A DNA stretch of 52,222 nt from Patescibacteria group bacterium. Its GTDB lineage: Bacteria > Patescibacteriota > Minisyncoccia > Phycocordibacterales > UBA9973. Within the stretch, counting starts at the first letter, position 1. Every line of letters starts with the position of its first letter. Location: contig JBBTUV010000003.1 in NCBI GenBank assembly GCA_038063535.1, forward strand, positions 149,179 through 201,400. The letters are read 5' to 3'. A program made the translations under genes and the position numbers. The notes under the pieces are model-generated. The model made no database searches and had not been told where the DNA came from. It saw only the letters and a program-made list of their open reading frames with translations. Below, piece by piece: positions 41,238 through 49,695 of the stretch.

Positions 41238-41906
41238 ATGTTCGACTGGAAAAAATATTTTGTCGTGTTCTTGATTACCATCGCGCTTTTTCTCTCCGCG
41301 AGCTATCTCTCGAATTATTTCGGCAGCAAAAAGATCGGGGAGCTGAAGTCCATCCAAGACCAGATAGCGATCAGCCTCCTCTCTTCGGAAACACAATATT
41401 CGCTGCTCTCGGACCTCTCTTGTAAAAACGTCTCCGGCGCGGTACTTTCCGACGAACTTGCTGAACTCGCCCGGAAACTCGAGTGGGGTGAGAAAAATCT
41501 CGGTGCCGCGGAGGAAGTTTTGAGCATCAAGAAATACTATTCACTGCTTGAGATTAAGGACTATCTCTTGGCGAAGAAGATCGCCGAACGCTGCAAAACA
41601 AAATCTGCTTTCATTTTATATTTTTACACCACCGCGGAAAATTGCGGCGAGTGCGAGCGGGAAGGGCTGGTGCTTACAGCGCTCCGTGATAAATACCCGG
41701 AGCTCCGCGTTTACTCTTTCGATTACTCGATCGACCTTTCGGCGGTGCGCTCGATGCTGTCGATCTTCAAGATCAAGGACACTGCGCTTCCAGCGCTCGT
41801 CATCGACGACGAGCTTCTCACTGGATTTCATTCTCTCGAGGATCTTGATGATCGTGTCCAGGAATCCTTTAAGTTGCAGGAAGCCATCGAAGCTGAAAAA
41901 CCCTAG
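41238..41906 (+). CDS. Membrane-anchored hypothetical protein with a thioredoxin-like CxxC C-terminal half
   Basis: TM segment YFVVFLITIALFLSASY. ILYFYTTAENCGECEREG...TALPALVIDDELLTGF (CxxC plus a putative cis-Pro). The start at 41238 is 2 nt after the GT2 stop. Confidence 0.55.
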   Translation: MFDWKKYFVVFLITIALFLSASYLSNYFGSKKIGELKSIQDQIAISLLSSETQYSLLSDLSCKNVSGAVLSDELAELARKLEWGEKNLGAAEEVLSIKKYYSLLEIKDYLLAKKIAERCKTKSAFILYFYTTAENCGECEREGLVLTALRDKYPELRVYSFDYSIDLSAVRSMLSIFKIKDTALPALVIDDELLTGFHSLEDLDDRVQESFKLQEAIEAEKP

Positions 41907-41923
41907 TTTTTTAAGGATGAATA

Positions 41924-41932
41924 TGCTATTCT
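41924..41932 (+). promoter_or_regulatory. Extended -10-like element TGcTATTCT upstream of tRNA-Thr
   Basis: 8 nt before the mature tRNA 5' end. Confidence 0.35.
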
Positions 41933-41940
41933 TGTAAAAC

Positions 41941-42013
41941 GCCGCCTTAGCTCAGTTGGTAGAGCAACACTTTTGTAAAGTGTGGGTCCTCGGTTCGAAT
42001 CCGAGAGGCGGCT
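41941..42013 (+). tRNA. tRNA-Thr (anticodon TGT), CCA not encoded
   Basis: Acceptor GCCGCCT/AGGCGGC, D arm GCTC-AGTTGGTA-GAGC, anticodon stem ACACT/AGTGT with loop TTTGTAA, T arm CTCGG-TTCGAAT-CCGAG. Confidence 0.9.
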
Positions 42014-42015
42014 CA

Positions 42016-42435
42016 CTAGCTTTTGTTCTCTTCCTCGTGAATTTCCCGCTTGATCCTACGGATCTTGTGCTTGTACTCGGAGATCATTTCCAAGAATTTG
42101 TTTGTACCTTTCGGCTCGCCGCCCGTGCCACCCCCGTTCCCGTTTTTCGGCATCAGGTTCTCCAGTTTCTCCGCCATCTCCTTGGATCTGTTTTTAAGGA
42201 AATTCATTGAGCGTACATAGGAACGGATGATTGTGACTGTCGCGGCGTAGCCGTACCGTTTCGCATGTTTCTCTGCGCCGTCTTTGAGCACCCGCCAGTC
42301 AGGCAGGGGCGGATAAGGAGCATTCCCGTCATTGCCCTGGATAGCACCGGATCGGAGATGCACGAGTTTCCTCCCGAACATGAACAATAGCCCGAGAAGA
42401 GAAACTAAAAATAAGATAAAGATCACCGTCATCAT
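42016..42435 (-). CDS. Hypothetical membrane-anchored protein (139 aa) co-transcribed with rpsB-tsf
   Basis: N-terminal TM segment MMTVIFILFLVSLLGLLFMF, Gly-rich stretch, charged helical C-terminus. 4-nt overlap with the tsf stop. Confidence 0.5.
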   Translation of the reverse strand: MMTVIFILFLVSLLGLLFMFGRKLVHLRSGAIQGNDGNAPYPPLPDWRVLKDGAEKHAKRYGYAATVTIIRSYVRSMNFLKNRSKEMAEKLENLMPKNGNGGGTGGEPKGTNKFLEMISEYKHKIRRIKREIHEEENKS

Positions 42436-42893
42436 TTTTCGAGTTCAAATCTTGAGAAACGACCGATCTCGACTCTCTCGCCCGTTTTCTGCGTGACATT
42501 TTCCACCATTGCTTGGATATTTTCCGTCGGATTTTTAATGGAGGGTTCGAGGAGTAGCGCTGCGACATCTTCGGGGCTGGTAGCGGCCACCTGCATCGCG
42601 AGCTCCTTCGCCAGATTCCGGAAGACTTCGTTTTTCGCCACGAAGTCGGTTTCACATTGGAGCTCCACCATCGCACCGATTTTTCCGTCTCCGTGGAGAT
42701 ACGCATAGATATAGCCGGAACCGAGTGCGCGGTCCGCCTTCTTCTTGGCGACAGCGGCGCCCTTAGTCTTCAATATCTCAAGAGCTTTCACTTTGTCTCC
42801 CTTTGCTTCCTCGAGAGCGCGCTTACATTCACCTACCGATATACCGGTCAAATCTCTGAGTTCTTTGATTAGTTCAGTCGTAACTTTTGCCAT
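42432..42893 (-). CDS. tsf: Elongation factor Ts, very short form (153 aa)
   Basis: UBA-like N-terminus TTELIKELRDLTGISVGECKRALEEAKGD..KALEILKTKG, plus the core block IGAMVELQCETDFVAKNEVF. Directly downstream of rpsB. Confidence 0.8.
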   Translation of the reverse strand: MAKVTTELIKELRDLTGISVGECKRALEEAKGDKVKALEILKTKGAAVAKKKADRALGSGYIYAYLHGDGKIGAMVELQCETDFVAKNEVFRNLAKELAMQVAATSPEDVAALLLEPSIKNPTENIQAMVENVTQKTGERVEIGRFSRFELEK

Positions 42894-42896
42894 TGG

Positions 42897-43655
42897 CTAT
42901 TTTTTTTCCACTTTCTCTTCCTGCTTTTCGGGTTTCTCGGGTTCGGCGCGTCCGGCCAGGTAGGCCCGGACGATCGATTCGGTGAAAAGTTTTATTGCCG
43001 GCATCGAGGCGTCATTGCCGAGGATCGGGTAATCGAGATCGGAGATATCCGAGTCGGAATTGGCGAGCGCGACAACCGGGACACCCGCCTTTTTCGTCTC
43101 GGTCGCGGCGACCAATTCGGCGCGCGGGTCGACGGTAAAAACGGCGTCCGGAATCTTGCGCAGGCCGAGCAGTCCGCCGAAATAGGCTTCCAGCTTCTTC
43201 ATTTTTTTCGCTAGGAGCGAGCGCTCTTTTTTTGTGTATTTCTCCCGGCTCTCCGCGGACTCCTTCTGATATGCTTCAAGTTCCCCTATCTTCTTTTTGA
43301 TTTCTCCGAAATTAGAAAGGGTTCCACCGATCCATCGGTTTACCACATAAGGCATGCCGAGTTCGAGGGCGGCGGCTTTGACCGCCTCCTTCGCTTCGGG
43401 TTTGGTACCGACAAAAAGGATCACTTTACCCTGCGAGCCTAATTTTTTTACGAACTCCTCCGCGCTTGCAAGGAGCGTGAGCGTCTTTTCGAGATCGATA
43501 ATGTCAGCGGACCCTTTGGTCGCGTAGATATACGGAGAAACTGAAGGGTGCCGGCGCGAACGTCGGTAGCCGTAATGGGCACCAGCAAGAAAAAGCTCCT
43601 CGATCAGGGAGTTACCACTTCGCTCTTTTCCCGAAACTGCGTCTTTCTTTAACAC
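42897..43655 (-). CDS. rpsB: 30S ribosomal protein S2
   Basis: LFLAGAHYGYRRSRRHP, ILFVGTK, NRWIGGTLSNF, DPRAELVAATETKKAGVPVVALANSDSD. GTG start at 43655. Confidence 0.9.
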   Translation of the reverse strand: MLKKDAVSGKERSGNSLIEELFLAGAHYGYRRSRRHPSVSPYIYATKGSADIIDLEKTLTLLASAEEFVKKLGSQGKVILFVGTKPEAKEAVKAAALELGMPYVVNRWIGGTLSNFGEIKKKIGELEAYQKESAESREKYTKKERSLLAKKMKKLEAYFGGLLGLRKIPDAVFTVDPRAELVAATETKKAGVPVVALANSDSDISDLDYPILGNDASMPAIKLFTESIVRAYLAGRAEPEKPEKQEEKVEKK

Positions 43656-43661
43656 GGGGAA

Positions 43662-43713
43662 ATTCTAGCAAAAAGCGGAATCTTTTGCAAATACGGGCTT
43701 TTTCGGGTAAGAT
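43662..43713. promoter_or_regulatory. Symmetric divergent promoter pair sharing one palindromic -35 hexamer (TTGCAA, 43685..43690)
   Basis: Plus strand: TTGCAA-17 nt-TAAGAT (43708..43713)-6 nt-ATG of proS. Minus strand: the same TTGCAA-17 nt-(TGc)TAGAAT (complement of 43662..43670)-6 nt-GTG of rpsB. Confidence 0.55.
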
Positions 43714-43719
43714 GCACTT

Positions 43720-44964
43720 ATGAGACAATCAAAGCTTTTTACTAGAACGAAAAAAGAAGCTCCGGCCGACGAAGTTTCGAGGAATGCCGAGCTCCTTGCT
43801 CGCGGAGGCTTCATTCACAAAGAAATGTCTGGGGTATACAGCTTTCTTCCGCTCGGACTCCGGGTTCTCAAGAACATAGAGAATATTATCCGCGAGGAGA
43901 TGAATAAGACGGGAGCACAGGAGCTCTTTATGTCTTCTTTTCAGCCTAAAGAAAATTGGGAGAAGACCGGTCGCTGGAGCGCGATGACCGACCTTTTCAA
44001 AGTGAGCGATTCGTCCGGCCGCGAAGTTGCGCTCGGCCCGACCCACGAAGAGATAATCGTGCCAATCTTGAAAAATTACGTTTCGTCTTACAAAGATCTT
44101 CCGGTCGCGGTTTATCAGATACAAAATAAATTCCGGATGGAGTTGCGCGCGAAGTCTGGGCTTCTGCGCGGGCGGGAGTTCCTGATGAAAGACCTCTATT
44201 CTTTCCACGCGAGCCAAGAGGATTTCGAAAATTATTACGAAATAATGAAAGGCGCGTATCGCTCCGTATACGAGCGCGCCGGCATCGGGCACCTGACATA
44301 CCTTACCTTCGCTTCGGGTGGAACATTTTCAAAATATTCGCACGAATTTCAGACGATAACTCCCGCCGGTGAAGACACGATTTACTTGGACGAGGATTCC
44401 GGTATCGCTGTGAACAAAGAGGTCTTGGGGGGCGACGTGCTAGACCAGCTCGGTCTCAAGAAGGAAAAAATGGTGGAGCATAGAGCAATCGAAGTAGGGA
44501 ACATTTTCGACCTAAAAACAAAATATTCCGCTCCCTTCAACCTTGTTTTCACTGATGAAAAAGGCGAAAAACAGCCTGTTCTCATGGGCTGCTATGGCAT
44601 CGGCCTGGGGCGGCTTATGGGCACGATCGTGGAGGTGCTTTCGGACGATAAAGGGATTATTTGGCCGGAATCCGTCGCGCCTTATCGCGTGCATTTGCTT
44701 TCGCTCGGCGAAGGGGAAATTTTGCGGGAGGCGGAAAAAGTTTACGAAAAACTCCGCGCAGGCGGCCTCGAAGTTCTCTTTGACGACCGCGCCGGAGTTT
44801 CTGCCGGAGAGAAATTCGCGGACGCGGATCTTCTCGGCATGCCCTATCGAGCAGTAATATCAGAGCGGAGCATGAAAGAGGGTGGAATCGAAATAAAAAA
44901 AAGAAACCAAGAAAAAGGCGAAGTGATGCCCCTTGGAAAATTGGTGGAAATCCTGAATGCTTAA
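43720..44964 (+). CDS. proS: Prolyl-tRNA synthetase, bacterial-type N-terminus but lacking the INS editing domain (414 aa)
   Basis: MRQSKLFTRTKKEAPADEVSRNAELLARGGFIHKEMSGVYSFLPLGLRVLKNIENIIREEM is the bacterial ProRS signature. Motif 2 RGREFLMKDLYSF, motif 3 GCYGIGLGRL, and a C-terminal anticodon-binding domain. About 160-180 aa shorter than INS-containing ProRS. Confidence 0.85.
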   Translation: MRQSKLFTRTKKEAPADEVSRNAELLARGGFIHKEMSGVYSFLPLGLRVLKNIENIIREEMNKTGAQELFMSSFQPKENWEKTGRWSAMTDLFKVSDSSGREVALGPTHEEIIVPILKNYVSSYKDLPVAVYQIQNKFRMELRAKSGLLRGREFLMKDLYSFHASQEDFENYYEIMKGAYRSVYERAGIGHLTYLTFASGGTFSKYSHEFQTITPAGEDTIYLDEDSGIAVNKEVLGGDVLDQLGLKKEKMVEHRAIEVGNIFDLKTKYSAPFNLVFTDEKGEKQPVLMGCYGIGLGRLMGTIVEVLSDDKGIIWPESVAPYRVHLLSLGEGEILREAEKVYEKLRAGGLEVLFDDRAGVSAGEKFADADLLGMPYRAVISERSMKEGGIEIKKRNQEKGEVMPLGKLVEILNA

Positions 44965-46003
44965 AAAATTCTACAAATTAGTTTCGAACGACATCGGCAT
45001 CGATCTTGGAACTTCGAACACCCTAGTCTACTTGAAGGGGCACGGTATCGTCGTCTCCGAGCCTTCGGTGGTGGCGCTCAATGTCAAGACTGATCAGATA
45101 CTTGCGGTAGGCGCGAAAGCCAAAGAGATGCTCGGGCGCACCCCGGGACATATCCGGGCGGTGCGCCCGCTTGTCGACGGCGTTATCTCCGACTTCGAGA
45201 TCACCGAAGAAATGCTCTCCTATCTCATAAATAAAGCCGATAAGATGGCACCGAAACTTGCTCGTCCGCGGGTACTCATCGGTGTGCCGACCGGTACGAC
45301 CAACGTGGAAACCCGCGCGGTCTACGACGCCGCGCGCTCGGCCGGCGCACGGGAAGTGTTTTTAGTCGAAGAGCCGATGGCGGCGGCGATCGGGATACGC
45401 CTGCCGATCCGCGAACCGGTGGGAACGATGATCATCGATATCGGCGGGGGAACGACGGATGTCGCGGTTATATCGCTCGGCGGCATTGTCAGATCGAAAA
45501 ACTTGAAGGTTGCCGGCGACCGTCTTAACAACGATATCATTTCCTATATGCGGGATGAGTTCAAAATCTTGGTGGGTGAGCGCACCGCTGAACAAATTAA
45601 GATTGCGATAGGCTCCGTGATACCGCGTGAATATATGGAAACGGAGGTGCGCGGCAGAGACTTACTGACCGGCCTGCCGCGGGAAGTGGTGATAACCGAT
45701 TCGGACGTCAGGGAAGCCATCGCCGGCTCGGTCCGGGAGCTCATCGAGGGCGTTAAAAATGTGCTCGAAACGACCCCGCCGGAGATCCTCTCCGATATCA
45801 TGCACCGGGGAATTACGCTCTCCGGTGGAGGAGCGCTCCTCTCGGGCCTAGCAGAGCTTCTTACGCGCGTCCTTAAAATCCCGGTCTACATGATCGACGA
45901 CCCTCTTTCGGCCGTGGCCCGGGGCACGGGAGTGATCCTCGACGACCTTCCGGCCTATGAGGATGTTCTGGTCGGCCATCAAGATGAGCTACCTCCGAGA
46001 TAA
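44957..46003 (+). CDS. mreB: Rod-shape-determining actin homologue MreB
   Basis: DIGIDLGTSNTLVY, VVSEPSVVA, IIDIGGGTTDVAVISLGG, GITLSGGGALL. Confidence 0.95.
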   Translation: MLKKFYKLVSNDIGIDLGTSNTLVYLKGHGIVVSEPSVVALNVKTDQILAVGAKAKEMLGRTPGHIRAVRPLVDGVISDFEITEEMLSYLINKADKMAPKLARPRVLIGVPTGTTNVETRAVYDAARSAGAREVFLVEEPMAAAIGIRLPIREPVGTMIIDIGGGTTDVAVISLGGIVRSKNLKVAGDRLNNDIISYMRDEFKILVGERTAEQIKIAIGSVIPREYMETEVRGRDLLTGLPREVVITDSDVREAIAGSVRELIEGVKNVLETTPPEILSDIMHRGITLSGGGALLSGLAELLTRVLKIPVYMIDDPLSAVARGTGVILDDLPAYEDVLVGHQDELPPR

Positions 46004-46769
46004 ACTAGAGAAGAGGAAAAAGATTTTAAAATGGGGAGCTCTCGCGCTCTTGATCCTCATTCTCATCTATTTCCGCGCTCCGATTTCGCGCGGGCTATCG
46101 GCCGTAGCGCAGAAAATTTTTCATCCTCTGCTCTCGGGCGGCGCAAGCGCGGGAAGCAAAATTTCAAACCTCAGCCTGCTTTTCAAAAGCAAAAACTCTC
46201 TAGAGAAGGAAAACGAAGACCTGATATTGAAATTGAATGAGGTGAGTGCAAAGATGGCGGGTTACAATACGCTCCTCGACGAGAATCTAAAGCTCAAAGA
46301 GATTTTTGGGAGAAGTGGCGACCGCAGACTTACGCTCGCGACGATCCTCGCAAAACCGAACCGTTCGCCGTATGACACGCTGCTCATTGATCTCGGGAAA
46401 GGAAAAGTAAGCGCTGGCGATATTGTGTTTGCCTACGGAGACACGCCGATAGGGAAGATCGCGGAAGTCTACGACAAAACTTCGAAGGCGGTTCTGTTCT
46501 CGAGCCCCGGAGAGAATACGGAAGTAGTGCTCTCGGGTCGCGACGTCTTTGTAGAGCTTACCGGCCGGGGTGGAGGAAACTTCGAGATGGTGCTCCCGCG
46601 CGATATGGAGATCCCGGTCGGAACGGAAGTGCACCTCGCGGGCCTGGCGCCCCATGTACTCGCGAGAGTCGTCACCGTTCTCTCCGACCCGCGCGATGCG
46701 TACCAGAAAGCGCTCCTTGTCTCCCCGGTAAACATCCAAGAGTTAAAGTTTATCGAAATCGAGCAATGA
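45984..46769 (+). CDS. mreC: MreC-like rod-shape protein
   Basis: N-terminal TM, coiled-coil LEKENEDLILKLNE...LLDENLKLKEIFG, then a beta-rich domain. Follows mreB with an overlap. Confidence 0.7.
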   Translation: MSYLRDKLEKRKKILKWGALALLILILIYFRAPISRGLSAVAQKIFHPLLSGGASAGSKISNLSLLFKSKNSLEKENEDLILKLNEVSAKMAGYNTLLDENLKLKEIFGRSGDRRLTLATILAKPNRSPYDTLLIDLGKGKVSAGDIVFAYGDTPIGKIAEVYDKTSKAVLFSSPGENTEVVLSGRDVFVELTGRGGGNFEMVLPRDMEIPVGTEVHLAGLAPHVLARVVTVLSDPRDAYQKALLVSPVNIQELKFIEIEQ

Positions 46770-48505
46770 CTTCAGAAACCCGGCAATGCCAAAACTGCAA
46801 GCAAAGCTTCGTGATTGAGCCGGATGATTTTGGATTTTACGAAAAAATAAAAGTTCCTCCGCCGACTTGGTGTCCGGAGTGCCGATCAATTCGAAGGATG
46901 ATCTGGAGGAACGAACGCTCGCTCTATCACAACACTTGCGCATTCTCCGGCAAGCCGATAATTTCCATGTTTTCGCCGGAGACCAAGCTCACCGTCTATG
47001 ATCGCGACATCTGGTGGAGCGACAAATGGAATCCGCTTGATTATGGCACGGAATATGATTTATCGAAACCTTTCTTTGTGCAGTTTCAAGAACTAATGCA
47101 CCGCGTGCCGCTGGCGAACTTAGGTAATACAAACTGTGTTAAAACTGAATATGGGAATCATAACAACGATTGTAAAAATTGCTACTTAATTTACGCTTCT
47201 TTTGGAAATGAAAATGTTGCCTACGCCCATGGAGCCGTGAACGTAAAAGATTCCTTTGATATTTATACGATGCAAAAAGGGGAGCAAAATTACGACGATA
47301 CTTGCAACGGAGGGTTGTATAGGACGCATTTTACTTACGACAGTGACGACTGCATTGATTCAATGTTCTTAACAGCATGCCTTAACATCCAAAATTCACT
47401 GGGCTGCATAAATCTCCGCCATAAAAGCCACTGCATTTTTAACAAACAGTACTCTAAAGAAGAGTATGATAAAAAAATCAAAGAGTATGACTTTGGAAGT
47501 TACAACAACCTAAAGAAATTTGAAGAGGGGTATAAAAATTTTATAAAAAAATATCCAAGACGTTTTGCGTATATCTGGAGATCGAGAAATGTTACAGGAG
47601 ACAATATTCTCACTTCCAAGAACAGTCAGTATATCTTTGATGTTTACGGAGAAGCGGAAAATGCCAAATATATTACACACGCATGGGATGTGAAAGAAAG
47701 CTACGATGGATATGGGACGGGGGCTAAAATGGAATTTTTATACGAAGGTATAGATGTAGGAGTGAATGCCCTAAAGAATTTGTTTGCCATCCTTACTCAT
47801 AGTGCCAACGATACTAACTATACTTACATGTGCTATGGTGCAAGTAATTTATTCGGTTGCGTGGGTGTGCGAGACCAAGATTATGTAATTCTAAACAAAA
47901 AGTACTCCAAAGAAGAATACCGGAAGCTTGTGCCGAAAATCGTTAAGCACATGAGTGATATGCCGTATGCGGATGCAAAAGGACGGGTTTATAAGTACGG
48001 CGAATTCTTCCCGCCTGAGCTCTCGCCATTTTTTTACAACGAGACAATCGCCGGCGAATATTTCCCGAAGACGAAAGAGGAAGTGTTGGCTTCGGGTTTC
48101 AAGTGGAAAGAAAAGACGCATAGAGATTATAAAATCGAAGTCGAGCCGGAAGATTTGCCGGACCATATCAAAGATACCCCGGAGGATATCGTTGGCAAAG
48201 TTATCGGCTGCCAGCACCGCGGAGAGTGCAACGAGCAGTGCACCGAGGCATTTAAGATTATTCCCTCGGAGATTGCCTTTTTGAAGAGAATGAATATTGC
48301 TCTACCAAGGCTTTGCCCCAACTGTCGGCACTTCGCGCGTTTGCGCCGTCGGAATCCTTTGAAACTTTGGCACCGGCAGTGCATGTGCGAGGTTGAGAAG
48401 CACGGACACAAGGGAGTTTGCCCGAACGAATTTGAGACGAGCTACGCACCCGAGCGGCCGGAGATTATTTATTGCGAGCGATGTTACCAACAGGAAGTTT
48501 ACTGA
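46766..48505 (+). CDS. Uncharacterised Cys-rich protein (579 aa) with zinc-ribbon-like modules at both ends and an internally duplicated AT-rich core
   Basis: N-terminus CQNC...F.I.PDDF.FY.K...P.P..CPECR..RR...RNERSLYHNTC. C-terminus C..C..AFKIIPSEIAFLKRMNIALPRLCPNCRHFARLRRRNPLKLWHRQC. The core has two copies ending GC(I/V)..R.......(F/L)NK(Q/K)YSKEEY. ATGA overlap with mreC and TGATG overlap with tgt. Confidence 0.7.
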   Translation: MTSETRQCQNCKQSFVIEPDDFGFYEKIKVPPPTWCPECRSIRRMIWRNERSLYHNTCAFSGKPIISMFSPETKLTVYDRDIWWSDKWNPLDYGTEYDLSKPFFVQFQELMHRVPLANLGNTNCVKTEYGNHNNDCKNCYLIYASFGNENVAYAHGAVNVKDSFDIYTMQKGEQNYDDTCNGGLYRTHFTYDSDDCIDSMFLTACLNIQNSLGCINLRHKSHCIFNKQYSKEEYDKKIKEYDFGSYNNLKKFEEGYKNFIKKYPRRFAYIWRSRNVTGDNILTSKNSQYIFDVYGEAENAKYITHAWDVKESYDGYGTGAKMEFLYEGIDVGVNALKNLFAILTHSANDTNYTYMCYGASNLFGCVGVRDQDYVILNKKYSKEEYRKLVPKIVKHMSDMPYADAKGRVYKYGEFFPPELSPFFYNETIAGEYFPKTKEEVLASGFKWKEKTHRDYKIEVEPEDLPDHIKDTPEDIVGKVIGCQHRGECNEQCTEAFKIIPSEIAFLKRMNIALPRLCPNCRHFARLRRRNPLKLWHRQCMCEVEKHGHKGVCPNEFETSYAPERPEIIYCERCYQQEVY

Positions 48506-49695
48506 TGCAGTTTAAGGTTGAGAAAAAAATTAAGGATAAGCTTGGCAGAGCTGGGGTGTTAACTACTGCCCACGGCGTGGTTCACACTCCCGCATTTGTG
48601 CCGGTGGCGACCAAGGCCGCAGTCAAGGCGCTTACGCCCGAGATGGTACGCGATTTGGGTGTGGAGATAGTGCTCGGCAACACTTATCATCTATACCTTC
48701 AGCCCGGAGACGAAGTGGTGCGTGATGCGGGCGGGATAGGGAAGTTTATGGGCTGGCGGGGACCTACGATGACCGATTCGGGCGGATTTCAAGTGTTCTC
48801 GCTAGGAGCTGCGTACGGGAAGGGGATTTCCAAGGTGCTTGAGGTCACGGACCCTTCGCTCATGATCCCCGAGCGATTCGACGATTCGGATGCGCCTCGG
48901 CTTGCAAAAATAGGCGCGGACGGCGTGTCCTTCAAATCGCACCTCGATGGCAGCATTCACTACATCACTCCCGAAAAATCTATAGAGATCCAGCACAACT
49001 TGGGCGCCGACATAATTTTTGCATTCGACGAATGCGTGAGCCCGATGGAAGAAACGAAGTATCAAGAAGAGGCATTGGAAAGAACACATAGGTGGGCTGA
49101 ACGGTGTTCAGTACTCCATAAGTCGAAAAATTCGCAACAGGCTCTCTTTGGGATTGTGCAAGGGGGAAGAGATGAGAAATTAAGAAAACAATCTGCAAAA
49201 ATTATTTCTGGTATGGGATTCGATGGCTTCGGCATCGGCGGGTCTTTCGCAAAAGAGGACATGCAAGACCCAGTGCGTTGGGTGAGCGAGATCTTGCCGG
49301 AAGAGAAGCCCCGGCACATCCTCGGCATCGGCGAGCCGGAGGACCTTTTTATGGGCGTCGAGAACGGGGTGGACCTTTTTGACTGCGTTGCTCCGACGCG
49401 CAACGGCCGTAACGGCACCCTTTACACCAAGAGAGGTAAAGTGAATATAATGAATGCAAAGTATACAACCATGCGAGATTCTTTGGATCCAGGCTGCTCT
49501 TGTTATTTTTGTTCGAACTTCACACCTTCTTACCTTGCGCATCTCTTCCGAGGAAAAGAGATGCTTGCTGGCACGCTTGGAAGCATCCACAATCTCTACT
49601 TTATCGTGAACTTGGTGAAAAATATCCGCCAGTCGATTTTAGACGGGAGCTTCCTTGAGTTTAAAAAAGAGTTTGCTATACTTTATCGTAATTAG
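48505..49695 (+). CDS. tgt: tRNA-guanine transglycosylase (queuine tRNA-ribosyltransferase family)
   Basis: HTPAFVPVAT, LGNTYHL, TDSGGFQV, FAFDEC, LFGIVQGG, LGIGEPED, Zn site CSCYFC...YLAHL. Confidence 0.85.
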   Translation: MQFKVEKKIKDKLGRAGVLTTAHGVVHTPAFVPVATKAAVKALTPEMVRDLGVEIVLGNTYHLYLQPGDEVVRDAGGIGKFMGWRGPTMTDSGGFQVFSLGAAYGKGISKVLEVTDPSLMIPERFDDSDAPRLAKIGADGVSFKSHLDGSIHYITPEKSIEIQHNLGADIIFAFDECVSPMEETKYQEEALERTHRWAERCSVLHKSKNSQQALFGIVQGGRDEKLRKQSAKIISGMGFDGFGIGGSFAKEDMQDPVRWVSEILPEEKPRHILGIGEPEDLFMGVENGVDLFDCVAPTRNGRNGTLYTKRGKVNIMNAKYTTMRDSLDPGCSCYFCSNFTPSYLAHLFRGKEMLAGTLGSIHNLYFIVNLVKNIRQSILDGSFLEFKKEFAILYRN

